The translations under genes and the position numbers were made by a program. Shown here piece after piece: positions 24,782 through 38,001 of a stretch of DNA of 64,000 bases (its first letter is position 1; each line of letters starts with the position of its first letter). The notes beneath the pieces are model-generated. The model saw nothing but the letters and a program-made list of their open reading frames with translations, was not told where the DNA came from and made no database searches. The stretch is from positions 434,001 through 498,000 of the forward strand of contig BCIN01000009.1 of NCBI GenBank assembly GCA_039545335.1, in the 5' to 3' direction. The DNA is from Kondoa subrosea (taxonomy: Eukaryota).

Positions 24782-27173
24782 TCACATCAAGATCTCACGG
24801 ACCAAGCTGAGCATCTCTTCGTAGTATTCTTCAACGACTCCTTCAGGGTAGCCGTTCTTGTCGAACCCAAGAGAGATGAAGAGTCGACCAACAAATGTGT
24901 AAGCGAACATGAGCATAGCACCCGGTCTTTGTCTAGAGCCAGTCGTAAGTTCACCAAGCTTGATACGATCGAAAGCTGCATGTTTGTACATTCCGTCCTG
25001 CAAATCGAGAAATAATCAACATCGTCTAAAGATGGTACCAACCCCAAGACTCACCAGATTACCCAACATCGATACACCCAAGAAAGCTAAACTAGGCGCG
25101 GCAGGTGTTTTCTTCTCTTCAACTTTATCTTCACCCACAACGACTTTCGCAACTTCCTTAATCATGCCATTGACTGCTTTGATCGGAGCTGAATTGAGTG
25201 TCAAGTTGACCAAAGGTAAACCGGCTTGTTTGGCCGCTTTCTCTCTCCTTCTTCTCTCATCTTCTTTCTCAAACCCAATCGCTCTTCTTTCTCTTTCCAG
25301 AGACATGAGTTTCGATCGTTGGCATAAGAAAGGTGTTTTGATGGCTTTCAAAGTTTGAGATTTCGTTTCCCTTGCTCGACGCCAGAAGAGTTGTTCGGCT
25401 GTCATATCTTTTGGTGAAAAAGCAGGAAGGATAATATTGTAATAACCTATGACGACTCTCAAATCAGCTCGATCCCTTGGATGACGATGAAAGACATTGC
25501 TCACCAATGACCAAGTGGAAGAAATCAGGTTTGACGCCTTGATCCTCTTCCGGACCTTTAGCCATATTAGGTCTCAAGTTCAAAGCAGAATAAAGCATCA
25601 TTGGCAATTCCTTATCCTTTGCACCTTTCCAGATCTTCTCGTTCGCTGGCTTTCCAGTCACTCGAATATGAGCTAAATTGGATAAAGCAAACATAGCATG
25701 AGCGATAGTGACTCCGTTGGCTTTGCATTTCTTCAAAATGGCAGAAGTTTCTTCTGGTGTGAAAGCATGAGTTGGAACAACTGTTGATCTTGTGCCTAAT
25801 TTCGCTCGAGGGAATGTCTGTCCACCAATACATTGAGCTTGATTTCTAGCAAATTCGACTCGTGCTGCTGCCCAAGCAAGACGACCATATGATGAAGGAG
25901 TATTGATCCGACTCTCTTGCGCTGGAGGTAGACGAGAAAGAGGAGGAAGAGGCTGTAGTAATCCATGCAAGTGTTAAACGTGTGAGAAGACATGATGAAA
26001 GAAGGAGACTGACGATCTCTCCAGTCTCTACGTCCCACTGTAGACCTTTGTTCTCCTTTTCAAACTCTTCCAATTTCCCACCAAGCAAATCAAAGAATTC
26101 GTTAGCTGTAGTATGTAAAGCCATTCCGTCTCCCAAGAAATGAGTGGCGAGCATGAAGAAATCATATTGCTGCAACTTCTCTTCTTCTCCATCAGCTAAC
26201 GACAGAGTAGATAGATCTACTTCAGGTTGAGGTGAAGAAATGATCAAAGCAGCCAATTTATCGTCATTCAATGTTCTTGGTCCATTGAGGTAATCGTTGA
26301 GTACAGTATCTTTGGAAGTGTTGTATCTGAAGGAAAGGTTTTCAGCAGCTTCGATTCGAGCAGCTTTGATGCTTGTATATGGTTTGAAAACGAAGCGAAC
26401 GTCTTCGTAAGATTCGAATTCGACTGTTGAAGCTAAAAGAGTGTGTCGGAGACGTAATTCGGTCCAGATCTTCTCTACTCTTGATCGAGTCATGAGGGAA
26501 GGAGGTGCTGAAAAGCCGATGTGAAGATACCTTGACGACGAATCAGCTTTCGACTCATCAGTATAACAGAACATTGAAACGTACATATCATTGACGCCTG
26601 CCATTGGGTCATCTTCGCCTGCACCTCGCGAGGAAAGGTAGTAACTGATCTCATTAGGACCCAATCTTCTCTTCAATAATTCTCCAACATGATCCGAATG
26701 AGCTAATGAGGCAGGTTTGGGACTATCTTGTGGATCGACGAAAGATGGTTCTGAAGGTGAGAGATCGGGAGTTTTCGCTGTTGACCAATCTGACCACCAA
26801 TTCCATTCGAAAGATCTTGGTAATCTTTGCGATTCTGGTTCTGTGCCCAGATCCAAGAACTCATAACCACTAGGACTCTTACTTCCTGATGAATGACCTA
26901 AAAGGTAACCACCTAGAGAGGCTTGTGCTGAAGATTGGTTTTGAGCAGACCAGACGGATACACCAACAGGTGTCTATTTCATGCAATGTTAGACGCGTCC
27001 CTAGAGCACTGAATGAGATAGAAACTCACTCCCGGTGTCTTTGGCACGGGAATAGGTGAAGAATCGCCTTGACCTGGAATTGCCAGCAGACCAGATCTTT
27101 GAGGTGTTTCTGGTAGGACCAAGCCTGTGGGTCGTGATGCGCCTCTTGGCCTTGATTTAATTGTTGTAGACAT
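24782..27173 (-). CDS. CoA-dependent acyltransferase fold protein (HxxxDG; alcohol O-acetyltransferase/condensation-like)
   Basis: RRLGPNEISYYL, LRLRHTLLAS, ATHFLGDGMAL (HxxxDG), ILKKCKANGVTIAHA, GVSMLGNLD, LGFDKNGY. Five GT-AG introns. Confidence 0.65.
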
Positions 27174-27946
27174 GGTGAATTATAAGTGAGTGTTGTATTG
27201 GACAAAAGAAGTAGACCTGTGTAGGTGCGTGCGTGCTGAATTAGCGAGTTTCGCGTATATATAGATTGAGGAGCTAGAATGAAAGGTCAGACGCGTGGAT
27301 GCGCCGTGGGAAGAGAATAACAACAGAGGACTGATATAGACAGCCTGACTTTGGACGTTGAGGTTGAAAGATTTAATTGAGGATTTCGTGGGTTTGTATT
27401 AGCTCGAGGCGGGCTGAGTGTACAGTACTTCTGACGTGATAGTGACAGCAGTAGCAACTCAGAACGGCGTAGTGCACGCGTACAGTCAGCGCTAGCAAGC
27501 ATAACTTGATTACTAATCAAATGAAAAATCGCAGCTTTTGTTCTTGCTTCTACACGTCCCATTTCTCCCTCGCTTGTTGATCAACTGCTCTGGCTACCTA
27601 CTGCTTGACCTGCTTATGCTCTGATACCGAGCGTGACTAAATTAACCTTCGCGTTATTTGAGCGCAACCGCTTCACAACGGCCCTTTCTCGAGTTTGCTT
27701 GGACGGATACTACAGGCTTGTCCCTTCACTACCATTATCTCCTACCAATCCTACACAAGAAGCGCTGGTTCGCTACACCTCGCTACACTCGACAACCTCG
27801 ACGCGCTTTGGTCGGTTTTGAATTTACATAGAAGTCTGCATCCAAATCTTCACAATAGCTCTCTCGGCTTGCAGATACACGGCCATCCATCTCATATTAC
27901 TCTGTCAGCATACTCACACTCATTTCACTCCATCACACGATAGTAC

Positions 27947-30596
27947 ATGCCATCCAAATCTACAGATCTGCGCATAGCGGTCACAACTCCTCCCAACAAC
28001 AGATACTGGAGCAACAACAACGATAGTCCAGAGATGGCGGAGAACACACCTTTCCTCAGTTCCAATGCTAGATCACCTTACAATTCGCCCAACATAAGTC
28101 GAGGTTCTTTCTCTTCCCCACTCAATTCACCTTCTCTGCGTGCTTCTTCTTCCGCAAACCCATATCACAACAACAGCAACAATTATGAATACATGTCTTC
28201 TCCTCCTGGTTCTCCTATGGTTCAAGCTATGACCTTACCAGCTAGGAGATCTCGAGCTCGACTCTTCTTCTTATCCGTTCTGGCTATAGTTGGGTTTGTT
28301 GCTATTATAGCAAGCATGAATGCACCAGAACATGTGAAAGCAAAAGTTTACGAAACAGTAACTAAAGCTTCTGGTCAAGTTCAAGCGAGTTGGGAAAGTT
28401 TACACCCGGATGAAATTTGGCAAGGTGCAAAAGAATGGTCTGGGTGGGGATCAGCTAATTCTTTACCTGATGAGACGCAAGAGAACGCGATGGAGGATAA
28501 TCAGCAAATTGGGAATGCCGTACCGGTTCAAGAGTCAGAGAATCAGGCTGATTCGGAGTCTTCACCTCTTGCTCAAGAAGAAGAGGAAATGATGCCAACG
28601 ACTGCTACTGAAGATCTAGATTATACTCCAACTCAAACAGAAGAAGCCTCGCCCGAACAAACTCAACCTGCTGAAGATGTACTTCTCGAAGAAACACCTC
28701 AAGAAACTGAAGCTTCTACATTGATCCCAACAGCTCCAATCTTTGCTATCCCTACCAAAGAAACGGCATCACCTAAAGTTGCTTCTACTTCAAGCACCGG
28801 AGACAACGTTCATCCAATCTATGTCTTACCTGATCCACCTCGCTTACCTTCTGGTAACCCTGAAGAGCAGTTCATGGCTTACTTGCCTCATTCTGGCTTC
28901 CATAATCGTGAGCAGTTTTTGGCTTCTAGCTTAGTGAAAAAGCTAATTGCCAAACTTTGTCTCACAGAACGCATAGAATTCGCAAACGCTATGACTCTTG
29001 CTGCCATGCTCAACAGAACACTCCTCGTTCCACCAGTCTGGATCGGTTGGCCAGTCACTACGCAACCATACATGAAACTAGTGCGTTTTCCGCCTTCACG
29101 AACCATCGGACTGATCTGATGTGTTGCAATAGCAATCTTCCTGGGACAGTGAAATGGAACAGCACCCAAAAGCTTTCGAACCACGAGATTCTTCTTCCTT
29201 GGTCAAAAGACAAAAAGTCAAAGTTCCCGTTCCCTCAGTTGAAGAATGTAAATCCTACGCTAAGGAATGTCGATCGACTTACAACGATACTTTTGTCGCT
29301 TGGAGTTTCTTGGTCGATTTAGGCTTGGTGGAAACTAGATTACCGGTCATTGATAGGTTCAACATGTCTGAGGCTTATGCTAAAGAATTGGTTGGTGCTA
29401 ATGATGATGATGATGTGGTACGTCTGACTTTGTCGGATTTCTCATTAAGGGATAGCATCTGAATGCAGGCGTACAGTTCTTGCTTGAAGACAAAGACAAG
29501 TACTACTTTCAATTCGAAGACACCGATTTTGGTGGTGAAATGATCGAAGAACTCGACAGAGCAAAATCAAAGTACTGGTACAGAGTTTCCGTTCCTCTGC
29601 TTCGTGAACAAATAGCCGATAAGAAATTGATTCTCATGGGCTCCGTTTTCGGTTCTGGACGACTAGTTCTGAAACAACAAACCAACAAAAGGAATCTGCT
29701 CTTCTTCCATCGATCATTAGCTTTTAGAAATCCAATCTTGGAAACTCCTGCAAACATTATCCGTGATTTGATGGGTGGTCCAAAAGGTTATGCTGGAATC
29801 CACGCAAGAGTTGGTGACGGCGCTTTCAAAAAGGGTGCTGTTGACAACATGAATGTCCTCTACACTCAATTGATGGAGAAGTTGAATGTTGATAAGTCCC
29901 TCATTCCTGCTATGTTGGAAAAGGGTGCTGCTCGAGCGGCAACACTCAAGGTCAAGCGAAATGGACAAGATGATGACGAAGAATCTCAATGGACTGCAGT
30001 CGACGATTTAGCCGACGATCAAAGATCTACTATGCCTCTATCAACTAAAGATCACATCGCCCTGGCAAAACGTCAACGTCTCAATACTCTTGGACCAGTG
30101 GAAGACAGAGATGACTCGCCACTCTCGTCTACTCTCACTTGCCGAGGAGAACTCTACACTGACCCGCAATTGTTGGCTCTCAACAATCCAGTCTACCTAG
30201 CAACAGATTCACCTCATCCGGAAACCGATCCAGTCCTTTCCAATTTCTGGGCAAACTTGCCTTGCACTTTCATCTTATCTGATTTTGACCGTGAAAACCC
30301 TCAAAACAGTGGAGATCCAGTCAGTTCGCTCAAATTCATGGAAGGTGCAATCAATGAGAACGATGGAGTGAAATTGGGTAGACTATTGTTGCCTTTCATG
30401 GAAGCAGCTGTAGCCGCTAAAGCTACTGTGACTGTTGGAACAAGAGGAAGCACATTCTCCGGTTTCGCTGCTGGTTTCTTACAGTATGTTTCCCAATCCT
30501 TCCGGCTGAAAGATGAAAGCTAATTTATGATTCCTTAGTGATGCATATGCGGATGACGTAGCTTTCGCAAGCGGAGATGGAAAGAAGAAGCCTTAG
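27947..30596 (+). CDS. Type II membrane CigA-like / O-fucosyltransferase-like glycosyltransferase
   Basis: One N-terminal TM segment (LFFLSVLAIVGFVAII), acidic stem, YLPHSGFHNQRIEFANAMTLAAMLNRTLLVPP, GIHARVGDG, VYLATD, VGTRGSTFS. Four introns. Confidence 0.7.
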
Positions 30597-30786
30597 GCCG
30601 AGCAATAACGCGCGGAAAGAAGAGAAAAGCTCAAACTTGTCATAAAGAGGCTCGGAATGGACCATCCTGCAGTTCAGCTTGCAGTATGTAAAGTACTTAA
30701 TACCTACTTGTATGTACTACCGCGATATAGAAATAGCATTGCTGGCCAATGTATAGATTAATCTGATAACTTGTCATTACACGATC

Positions 30787-33676
30787 ATGAACTTTACGCG
30801 TTTGACTTGTGCGCGAGTCTTGAGTCCGGTCGTACGATCTCGTATACCGAGCTCCTCGCAATGCGGCTTCCCGCCTGGGACAGCTAGCCTAAAGCCTCGT
30901 CTTGTGCGATCACTCAAATATGCGCATTTCGACGGGACTACTTTCTCTTCTGTTGCTGTACGCTGCCGAGCTGTGTATGAGAATTTCCTTTGAACTCTTG
31001 CGTAGCCTCCCTTGGACATTCCAGATGACCTGGATGTCGCTTCTTTCATGCTTGACTATTTCCCTAAGCATCGCTTGACACCTCATGGCCAGACTTGGTA
31101 CATCGATGGTCAGAGTGGAGCGAAGACGACTTACGAAGAGTGTAATCAAAGAGTTGATTCCCTCGCTGGAGCTCTGCAGGAGGATTATGCATGCCAAGAG
31201 AACGATGCTGTCGCTATCCTTTCGCCCAATGCGTATGACTGATGACCGTTGAATTCGTCAAATCGCTAACTCGCACGCAGTCTCGATTACGGCTCGGCTT
31301 GTTGGGCGGCGTTTCGTATAGGGTAAGCTCGGTGAATAGAAGTACAAATATGTCTCACGTCTAGACAGTGCTGTGGTCACAACGATAAACCCCAGCTTCA
31401 CTCCTGGAGAAATCCAATACCAGCTAGAAGCAGTTTCGAAAGCTCATCAAGTCAAAGCTATCTTTGTGCATTCAGACTGCCTCGATGCTGCTCGGGCTGC
31501 TCTTTCAGCTTGTGGCATCAGCGAAAGTAGTATCATCCTGTTCAACGAATCACCAGCCGGAAAGGAATCAAAGACTGTCAATGATCTTTTTAATGCTCAA
31601 AGAGCTTACAAAATTCGGCGGAAGAAACTTAAATCAGGCGAAGCGAAATCGCGCACTGCTTTCATAGTGGGTCCGTAGGTGTATCTGGTCGCTCATAATT
31701 GACCGTATGTCTTCTCTTCAGTCCTATTCTTCTGGGTAAGACTTTGCTCGTATGAACGAAATCGACTTCATTATTATTCAGAACTACTGGTCATGCCAAA
31801 GGCGTCGTCATTAGTCACTACAATGTCATCTCAAATATACTGTCAGGCCTTCAGAAATTCATGGCACGTCAGGAGCTTATTTAAATTTCTCAAGGCAATT
31901 CGCTAGTGCTTACAAAGGAAGAGACCAGTTGGGAATTTCCTCTTCTCTGGCCACTCTTCCCTGTAAGCTTCTTGGTCTCTGGTGAACGCGTTCTGACTAG
32001 AATCAGTGTACCATATATACGGTTTGACCGTGATGCTGCATTTCAATCTTTGGGCATCGATCCCGCTTGTCATGTTACCGAAAGTGAGTCTGTAGTGCTC
32101 TATGTGAAGCTTACTGACCTTCGAGCAGTTTGAGCTTGGCCGCTTCCTGAGGTTGGCTCAAACATCGCTATCGATAAGCAGGCTTGACTGACTTCTTTCT
32201 AGCCTGATTCAAGATTACAAAATCACGCATCTATGGCTAGTGCCTCCTATAGCTCTACTTCTGGCCAAACATCCTTGTACGTGAAGGCATATCCTGTCGT
32301 GACCTCATTCAAATGTCCGCAGCGACGGCCAAATACGATCTGTCCAGCGTGCAGACTATAACAGTGAGTCTGGTATTCTAGCAAAGAAACCAAATGTTGA
32401 GTTCCCACAATTCATCAGATAGGCGCAGCTCCGATAGGCGCCGCGGCAGTGCAGCGATTGGCTGAAGTTTTCCCGAATGCGCATGCAGGGCAAGGTGAGC
32501 TGGACTCCGGAGTATTGTGATGGAATGTCTGATCACTTTGCCAGGCTGCAAGTGATATTCATTGCTTATCAAAGATCATTCTCTGACCCGTCCTTTGCGC
32601 AGATGGTTTGACTGAAACTTCACCTGTGGTTTCTGTCTTTCCTGCGAACGAGCGATCTTTCCCAGAAGGGAGTGTTGGCGCACTGCTGAGGTAATGTCGA
32701 ATGCTTGCTCTTATGACGCTACTTGCGGCTGAAAGTGCTTTCGCGGTTCAGCGGCGTTGAAGCCAGAATCCTTCATCCAAGTACTGGCAAGACTCTCGGA
32801 CCAAATGAAGCGGGTGAAATTTGCGTCAAAGGTCCTAACAACACAAAAGAGTATTTGCTTGATCCTGAGGCATCGAAAGTACGTTACTTATTACGCAAGC
32901 GTGAGGATATCTACTAATATGCAATTATAGAATATCTACTTGGAAGATGGCTATATCCGTACTGGCGACGAAGGCTACTTTGATCAACATGGTGCTCTAT
33001 TCATAACAGATAGGATTCGAGAATTGTTGGTCATCTTGTAATTCTGACGTTAACGTTACTAATTGCTGTCTCACAGAATCAAAGTCAAAGGCATCTTAGT
33101 CAGTCTTCTTGTGAGAAGCAAGCAGTAGGAAAACTAAATGCTCTGATAGGTCGCCCCCGCAGAATTGGAGGCTCTGCTCAACAAACATCCCTTGATTGAA
33201 GAAGTGTGTACAGACTTATCATCCGCTGCATGATCTTACGTGAGATCTCGGCAGTCTTGCGTTATCGGGATTAAAAATGAAATGGCGTAAGTTCAGTAGT
33301 TGGCTTCATCGCCTTTTCACGTCTCACATTCAAATAGAGGAGAAGTACCTCGAGCTTATGTCGTCTTGACATCTCCAGAAGATGCACTAAATGAAGAGAA
33401 AGCTGGTGCTTTAAAGGAAGAGTTCAAAAGAAGTATAGCTTCGCAAACTGCTCCTCATAAATGGCTCGCTGGCGGGGTTGAATTCATTGAGTGAGTTGCT
33501 AGTTGTATTCAGATTAACGCAGTCCTGACGGATTCTACTTTCAGCTCCATACCGAAAAGTAAGCGTCGACTTCGACGAGCCGTTCTAAGGTGTCCTAAAG
33601 CCTACCCATTGGATCAGATGCCTCTGGCAAACTGCTTCGACGTGTATTGAAGAACCAATCGCAACAGTCGATCTGA
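30787..33676 (+). CDS. AMP-dependent acyl-CoA ligase, 4-coumarate-CoA-ligase/luciferase-like (about 21 introns)
   Basis: Spliced motifs [94 protein letters not shown]. Confidence 0.9.
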
Positions 33677-34157
33677 AGATTATGTCTACTGCATGCTTCG
33701 CTCTAATGGGAGAAGCATTCAACAATGTGGCTTGTGCAATTGCTTCTTGCTGTAAAGAGGGTGAGCTTCATCACACATTGAGACATGACGGTACGTTGAC
33801 GAGACCAGTGCAAGTCATTTGAGAAGAAGTCAAAACAGCTGCAAGGCAAAGGGAATTACATCCGGCACAAGCGGAGGAAGAAGCAAAATCTGAGATCGAT
33901 CACGTGAATTAGTACGAATGCAAGAGCAGATACACAGAGAGTGATGGAAGAAGTCCTTTTGCTGACTAAGCTTATTCGTTTAGCTCATATTGGTGAAGCG
34001 TAATTGTACCATTATCTCAGAAACTGTAATCTGCATGCATTGAGTGACTCTCTTGAGCAATTCTCGCCTTCTGTGTATTGCTCGACATTTAGAGAAAAAC
34101 ACACAACTTGTTCAATACCACCGAGCACACCTCATTACAGCCTCTATCTTACACAAC

Positions 34158-35101
34158 ATGTCACGGTCTGATGCAGTCATAGCCACGAGTATGGGCGAAA
34201 TAGCTTTCGAGCTATATTACAACGAAGCTCCCAAAACATGCAAGAACTTCGAAGTCCTGTGTCAAAGGGTCAGCTTCTCCTTCACTTCTTGGCTGCGGCC
34301 ATATGTCTGAAGAGAGACTGATAGGGCTACTACAACAACACTATCTTTCATCGTATAATAGGCGGATTCATGATTCAAGGTCAGTCGAATGAAGCGCACT
34401 TGGATGTAGCTGAGGCTTTATGAAGCTGGAGATCCAACAGGGACAGGGTCAGCCATCTCTATGATCCTTTTGAGTCGTAGCTGACTTATCATAGCCGAGG
34501 TGGAACGAGGTAATATCTTCTGCGAGAATGTCATTCTGTTGTTAAAGGTTTCTACAGTATATATGGCGATCGTTTTGAGGATGAAATAGTGAGTGATTCA
34601 ATCAGAGAAGCCATTTGCAGCTGATGAAAATCTAGCATCCGGATCTGCGCTTTACTGGAGCAGGAATTTTAGCCATGGCAAATTCAGGTAAGCTCTTTCG
34701 CTTTTCCGCCGGCATCATGGTCTTACCCGCTTATAGGACCTAATTCGAACGGTGAGGATCTCCATTAGGTATTCAAAGGTTTGTCTGAAATGCATGTCTT
34801 CCAGGCTCTCAAGTTTGTCAACTGTCTTTCTATCCGTTACTCTATGCTAAGTCTGTTCCTATAGTTCTTCATCACTCTTTCACCTACACCGCATCTCGAT
34901 AAGAAGCATACGATTTTCGGTAGAGTAAGGACAGGCATGCGAGTAGTGGAAAGGCTCGGTGCAGTAGAAGTGGACTCAGATGATAGGTTCGTGGTGATCT
35001 GCTGCTGCATGTTGAATGCTAAGCGATGTTTCACGAACAGGCCAAAGGATAATGTACGGATATTGAAGTCTAGAGTAGAACCGATAACAGAAGAGCAATG
35101 A
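34158..35101 (+). CDS. Cyclophilin-type peptidyl-prolyl isomerase, PPIL1-like (9 introns)
   Basis: Spliced [31 protein letters not shown]…[80 protein letters not shown]. Confidence 0.92.
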
Positions 35102-35661
35102 ATTTGATTTCCCTGTACTTCTCTCACTATCTTTTGCGCCAAACAACATCTTCTCCTTGCCTTTTATGCCTTCATGTCTTCCCAACTATTCCCTTCAGTT
35201 CATGCCTCTGCTTTTTTGATTACGTCAAAGAATGCAGAGAAGATGATCAAAGGTAAAGTGAAGTCAAGCAAGTCAAAGTTTCATTGTCAGGGAAAAGCAT
35301 TTTGACATTTATTTGAACTAAACGATGTTTTATACAATAGAGTTTAAGAGAACACATACGACAAAACAAGGCGTGAAAATTATGTGAATTAAAAAAGTGC
35401 GTAAAAGATAAAGTATATACCCCTTTCCCCTTTCTCTTTCCTTTTCATTTTGCTTTTTGAATTTCCCTTTCTCATCATCTCTTGTGAAAGTTGTGCGAAG
35501 AGTGTGTAGTGTGCGTGTGAATAGTGAAAATGCTTTAAGAAACCCAGTGATGTCGCATAAAACCCAAAAAGACGAAGAAGAACCAGCTTTGTTGTTGTAC
35601 AAGAGGAAAGAAGCAGAAGAACCCAAAAAAGATGCGAAGAGAGGTGAATTGTAAAGAGCAA

Positions 35662-37083
35662 TCAATGCTGAACAATTGTGACACCTTCAACGACTTCTTG
35701 TTGGTGATCCAAATCTCTTGTAGCAGGTTGCAAGTTCTTCCAGTAACCCTTCATTGAAGCAATCAAATTTGAACTTGAAGTTTTGCTCTTCAATCCTGGA
35801 TGATGTTGTTGCTGCTGTTGAACATTGTGTCTTGCAACGGTGGGTAATTCATTTTGAGTGAAAGGCAGATCCAACTGAAGTGGCTTTTGCTGCTGTTGTT
35901 GACGCTGCTGATGCAGAGAAGCCACACTAGGTCTGGAGAGTTTCCTTCTTTGCGCTTGTTCCAAAGAAGCAGCTTGTTCTTCTTGCCTGTATTCCATCTC
36001 TTCATCCGATGAACTGGAAGGTGAAACTCGACGCGGTTGAGGCCGAGAGTAAGGAGAAGAGTTGGTTGCTGCGTTGTTGTGCGAAGAGCGGCGAACAGGT
36101 GAAGGTGAAGGAGTTGGGAGGTAAGAAATGCTTGACTTGATTTGAGCTTCTTGATTGAGATAACCAGATCGGCTGCCACGACGGGGAGTGACTGGGTAAG
36201 GAGAAGTTGCTGGTGAAGAACCGTTGCAGGATTCCAAAGAAGGTACTCGGTGAGCCATGTGAGGTCTGTAAGCGAAAGAGGGTTGGCTTGTTGGACGCAT
36301 GAAAGGTTGGAAGTGGAAGACAAGTTCTTCTTCAGTCATTCGAAGATCATAGTCGAGCAAGTAGAGCAGTTGCTTTTCCATGAGTGAAACTTCAGCTAGG
36401 GAGAAAAGGGAAGCGTAGCGAGCCCAGTGCTTGTTCTTTGGAGAAGAGTCATTGAGGTATTTGGCAGCAACAATAAGAGTAGCCAAAAATACGCGATGGC
36501 GAGTGCAATGCATGCCTAACGAAAAAATACCGTTAGAATTTTGTTGATCAATGAAGCGAAGGAAAGTCGGAACACACCTTTTGCGACTTTAGGCAATCTA
36601 GTCTTGAGACGGTCGAGAAACACGAGCGTGCACAGTAAAGTGGGAACTTGAACATTGCTCTTGCGGACCAGAACGGTGATAAATGATTCCAAAGAAGGAA
36701 TGATGGTGTCTACTTGCTGTACAGGTGGAGAAGCGGTGGAAGGAAAAGCACCTTTGGTAGGTGTTGCTGGTGGTGAAGGAAGACCGGCTGACGGTGCGGG
36801 ACCACATTGAATAACTTGAACAGCTTGATGCGCGAGGTAAGCTAGAACAGAGAGCAAGTGAATGAGTACACGCGTTCCCATTGACAACGTTGACCATGCG
36901 CGACTCACCGACCATGTCCTCGGTAACGGGCGATCTCATCAAATCCAACAAAGCTGGGTCATGCTCGAATTTAGGGATGAGTGACGCAGGATGTCTTCGG
37001 AGAAGGGAAGGAGGAATGATCGGAGATTGAATAGATGAGGAGGAAGCGACTGAAGAAGCTGATAGAGAGCGTTCCATATTCAT
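35662..37083 (-). CDS. Pho85 cyclin, Pcl1/Pcl2 family
   Basis: Cyclin box [33 protein letters not shown]…[31 protein letters not shown]…[17 protein letters not shown]. Two introns and a Ser/Pro-rich tail. Confidence 0.88.
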
Positions 37084-37983
37084 GATTGTGATTGAGTTGA
37101 GATGAATGTGATGGAATGCTTAGCGGATTTTGATTGTGCAAAGTATTTGTCAAGTACTTTTGAATGAAGAGAAGAGAGAGAAGTGGTGAGAGCCGCGTTA
37201 TATACCGATTGATGGAATGGCGAATCCAAATTTCTTACAAAATGGCTTGAGTGAGATGGCTGAGATTGATTGCAGGCTTTGAGGCTTGAGATTGAAGTAG
37301 AGTGAGAGAAGGCTTGATGTAGGTGAGGAAGAGGTGTTGTTGTGACAGAGAGTACACACAGCAAGACTGAACCGGCAGTCGAGTTGATAATGAGCTACTG
37401 GAAAAAGGAGCAAACAAAGTCCAAGGTATTGCAAGCCTGCCTGCAGTTCGATAGGTGGAATGTGACAAGGTGTTGTAAGGAGGAGACCAACGGGTATTCG
37501 GATCTCTGAACCAGCAGAAATCAGTTGGAGTTTTATCGGAAACGCGGTGCGGAAGCAAGTTGCAACTCCGCGACTCTAAAGGAAAACCCACACGTTATTG
37601 GCGATCGCTCCGGATCCGTTATGTGTGAAAGGTGTAGATGAAGCTCAACCGAATGACGGAGCAGTTGTAACAGAAATCACTGTAGGTAGATCCTTCATCA
37701 GCACCAAAATCTTGACATCGCTTCGGACAAGTGACTGACACTTGCGTAGTGCAAAGAGAAAGGAGCTAGTCAATGTCGATCTTGGTGGACGCAAGGGAAT
37801 GTGTTGCAGAATAAGGAGCTCAAACTTGGGAAATGCAAATGAACTGATCTTCCAAGGTCTGGATCATCTCTCGCTGCTTTCGACTTAGTGTACTATGGCT
37901 TTAACAAAGAACGTCATTACTCTGTTGCAAATGGGAATCCATCCCGCCCTGAATTCTCAAAGTTGTGACGGATTTGGAGTTTT

Positions 37984-38001
37984 GACGCGCGCGCGACGCG
38001 C
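37984..38001. promoter_or_regulatory. MCB-like (ACGCG) cluster in the divergent cyclin/CDC4 intergenic region
   Basis: GACGCGCGCGCGACGCGC: two ACGCG cores followed by a T-rich tract. Confidence 0.35.

Noticed and set aside
33674..33706. Stop-codon readthrough to a cryptic PTS1 in the acyl-CoA ligase
   Set aside because: The context is TGA AGA, not TGA CTA, and the extension ends ASL, which is not a canonical PTS1.
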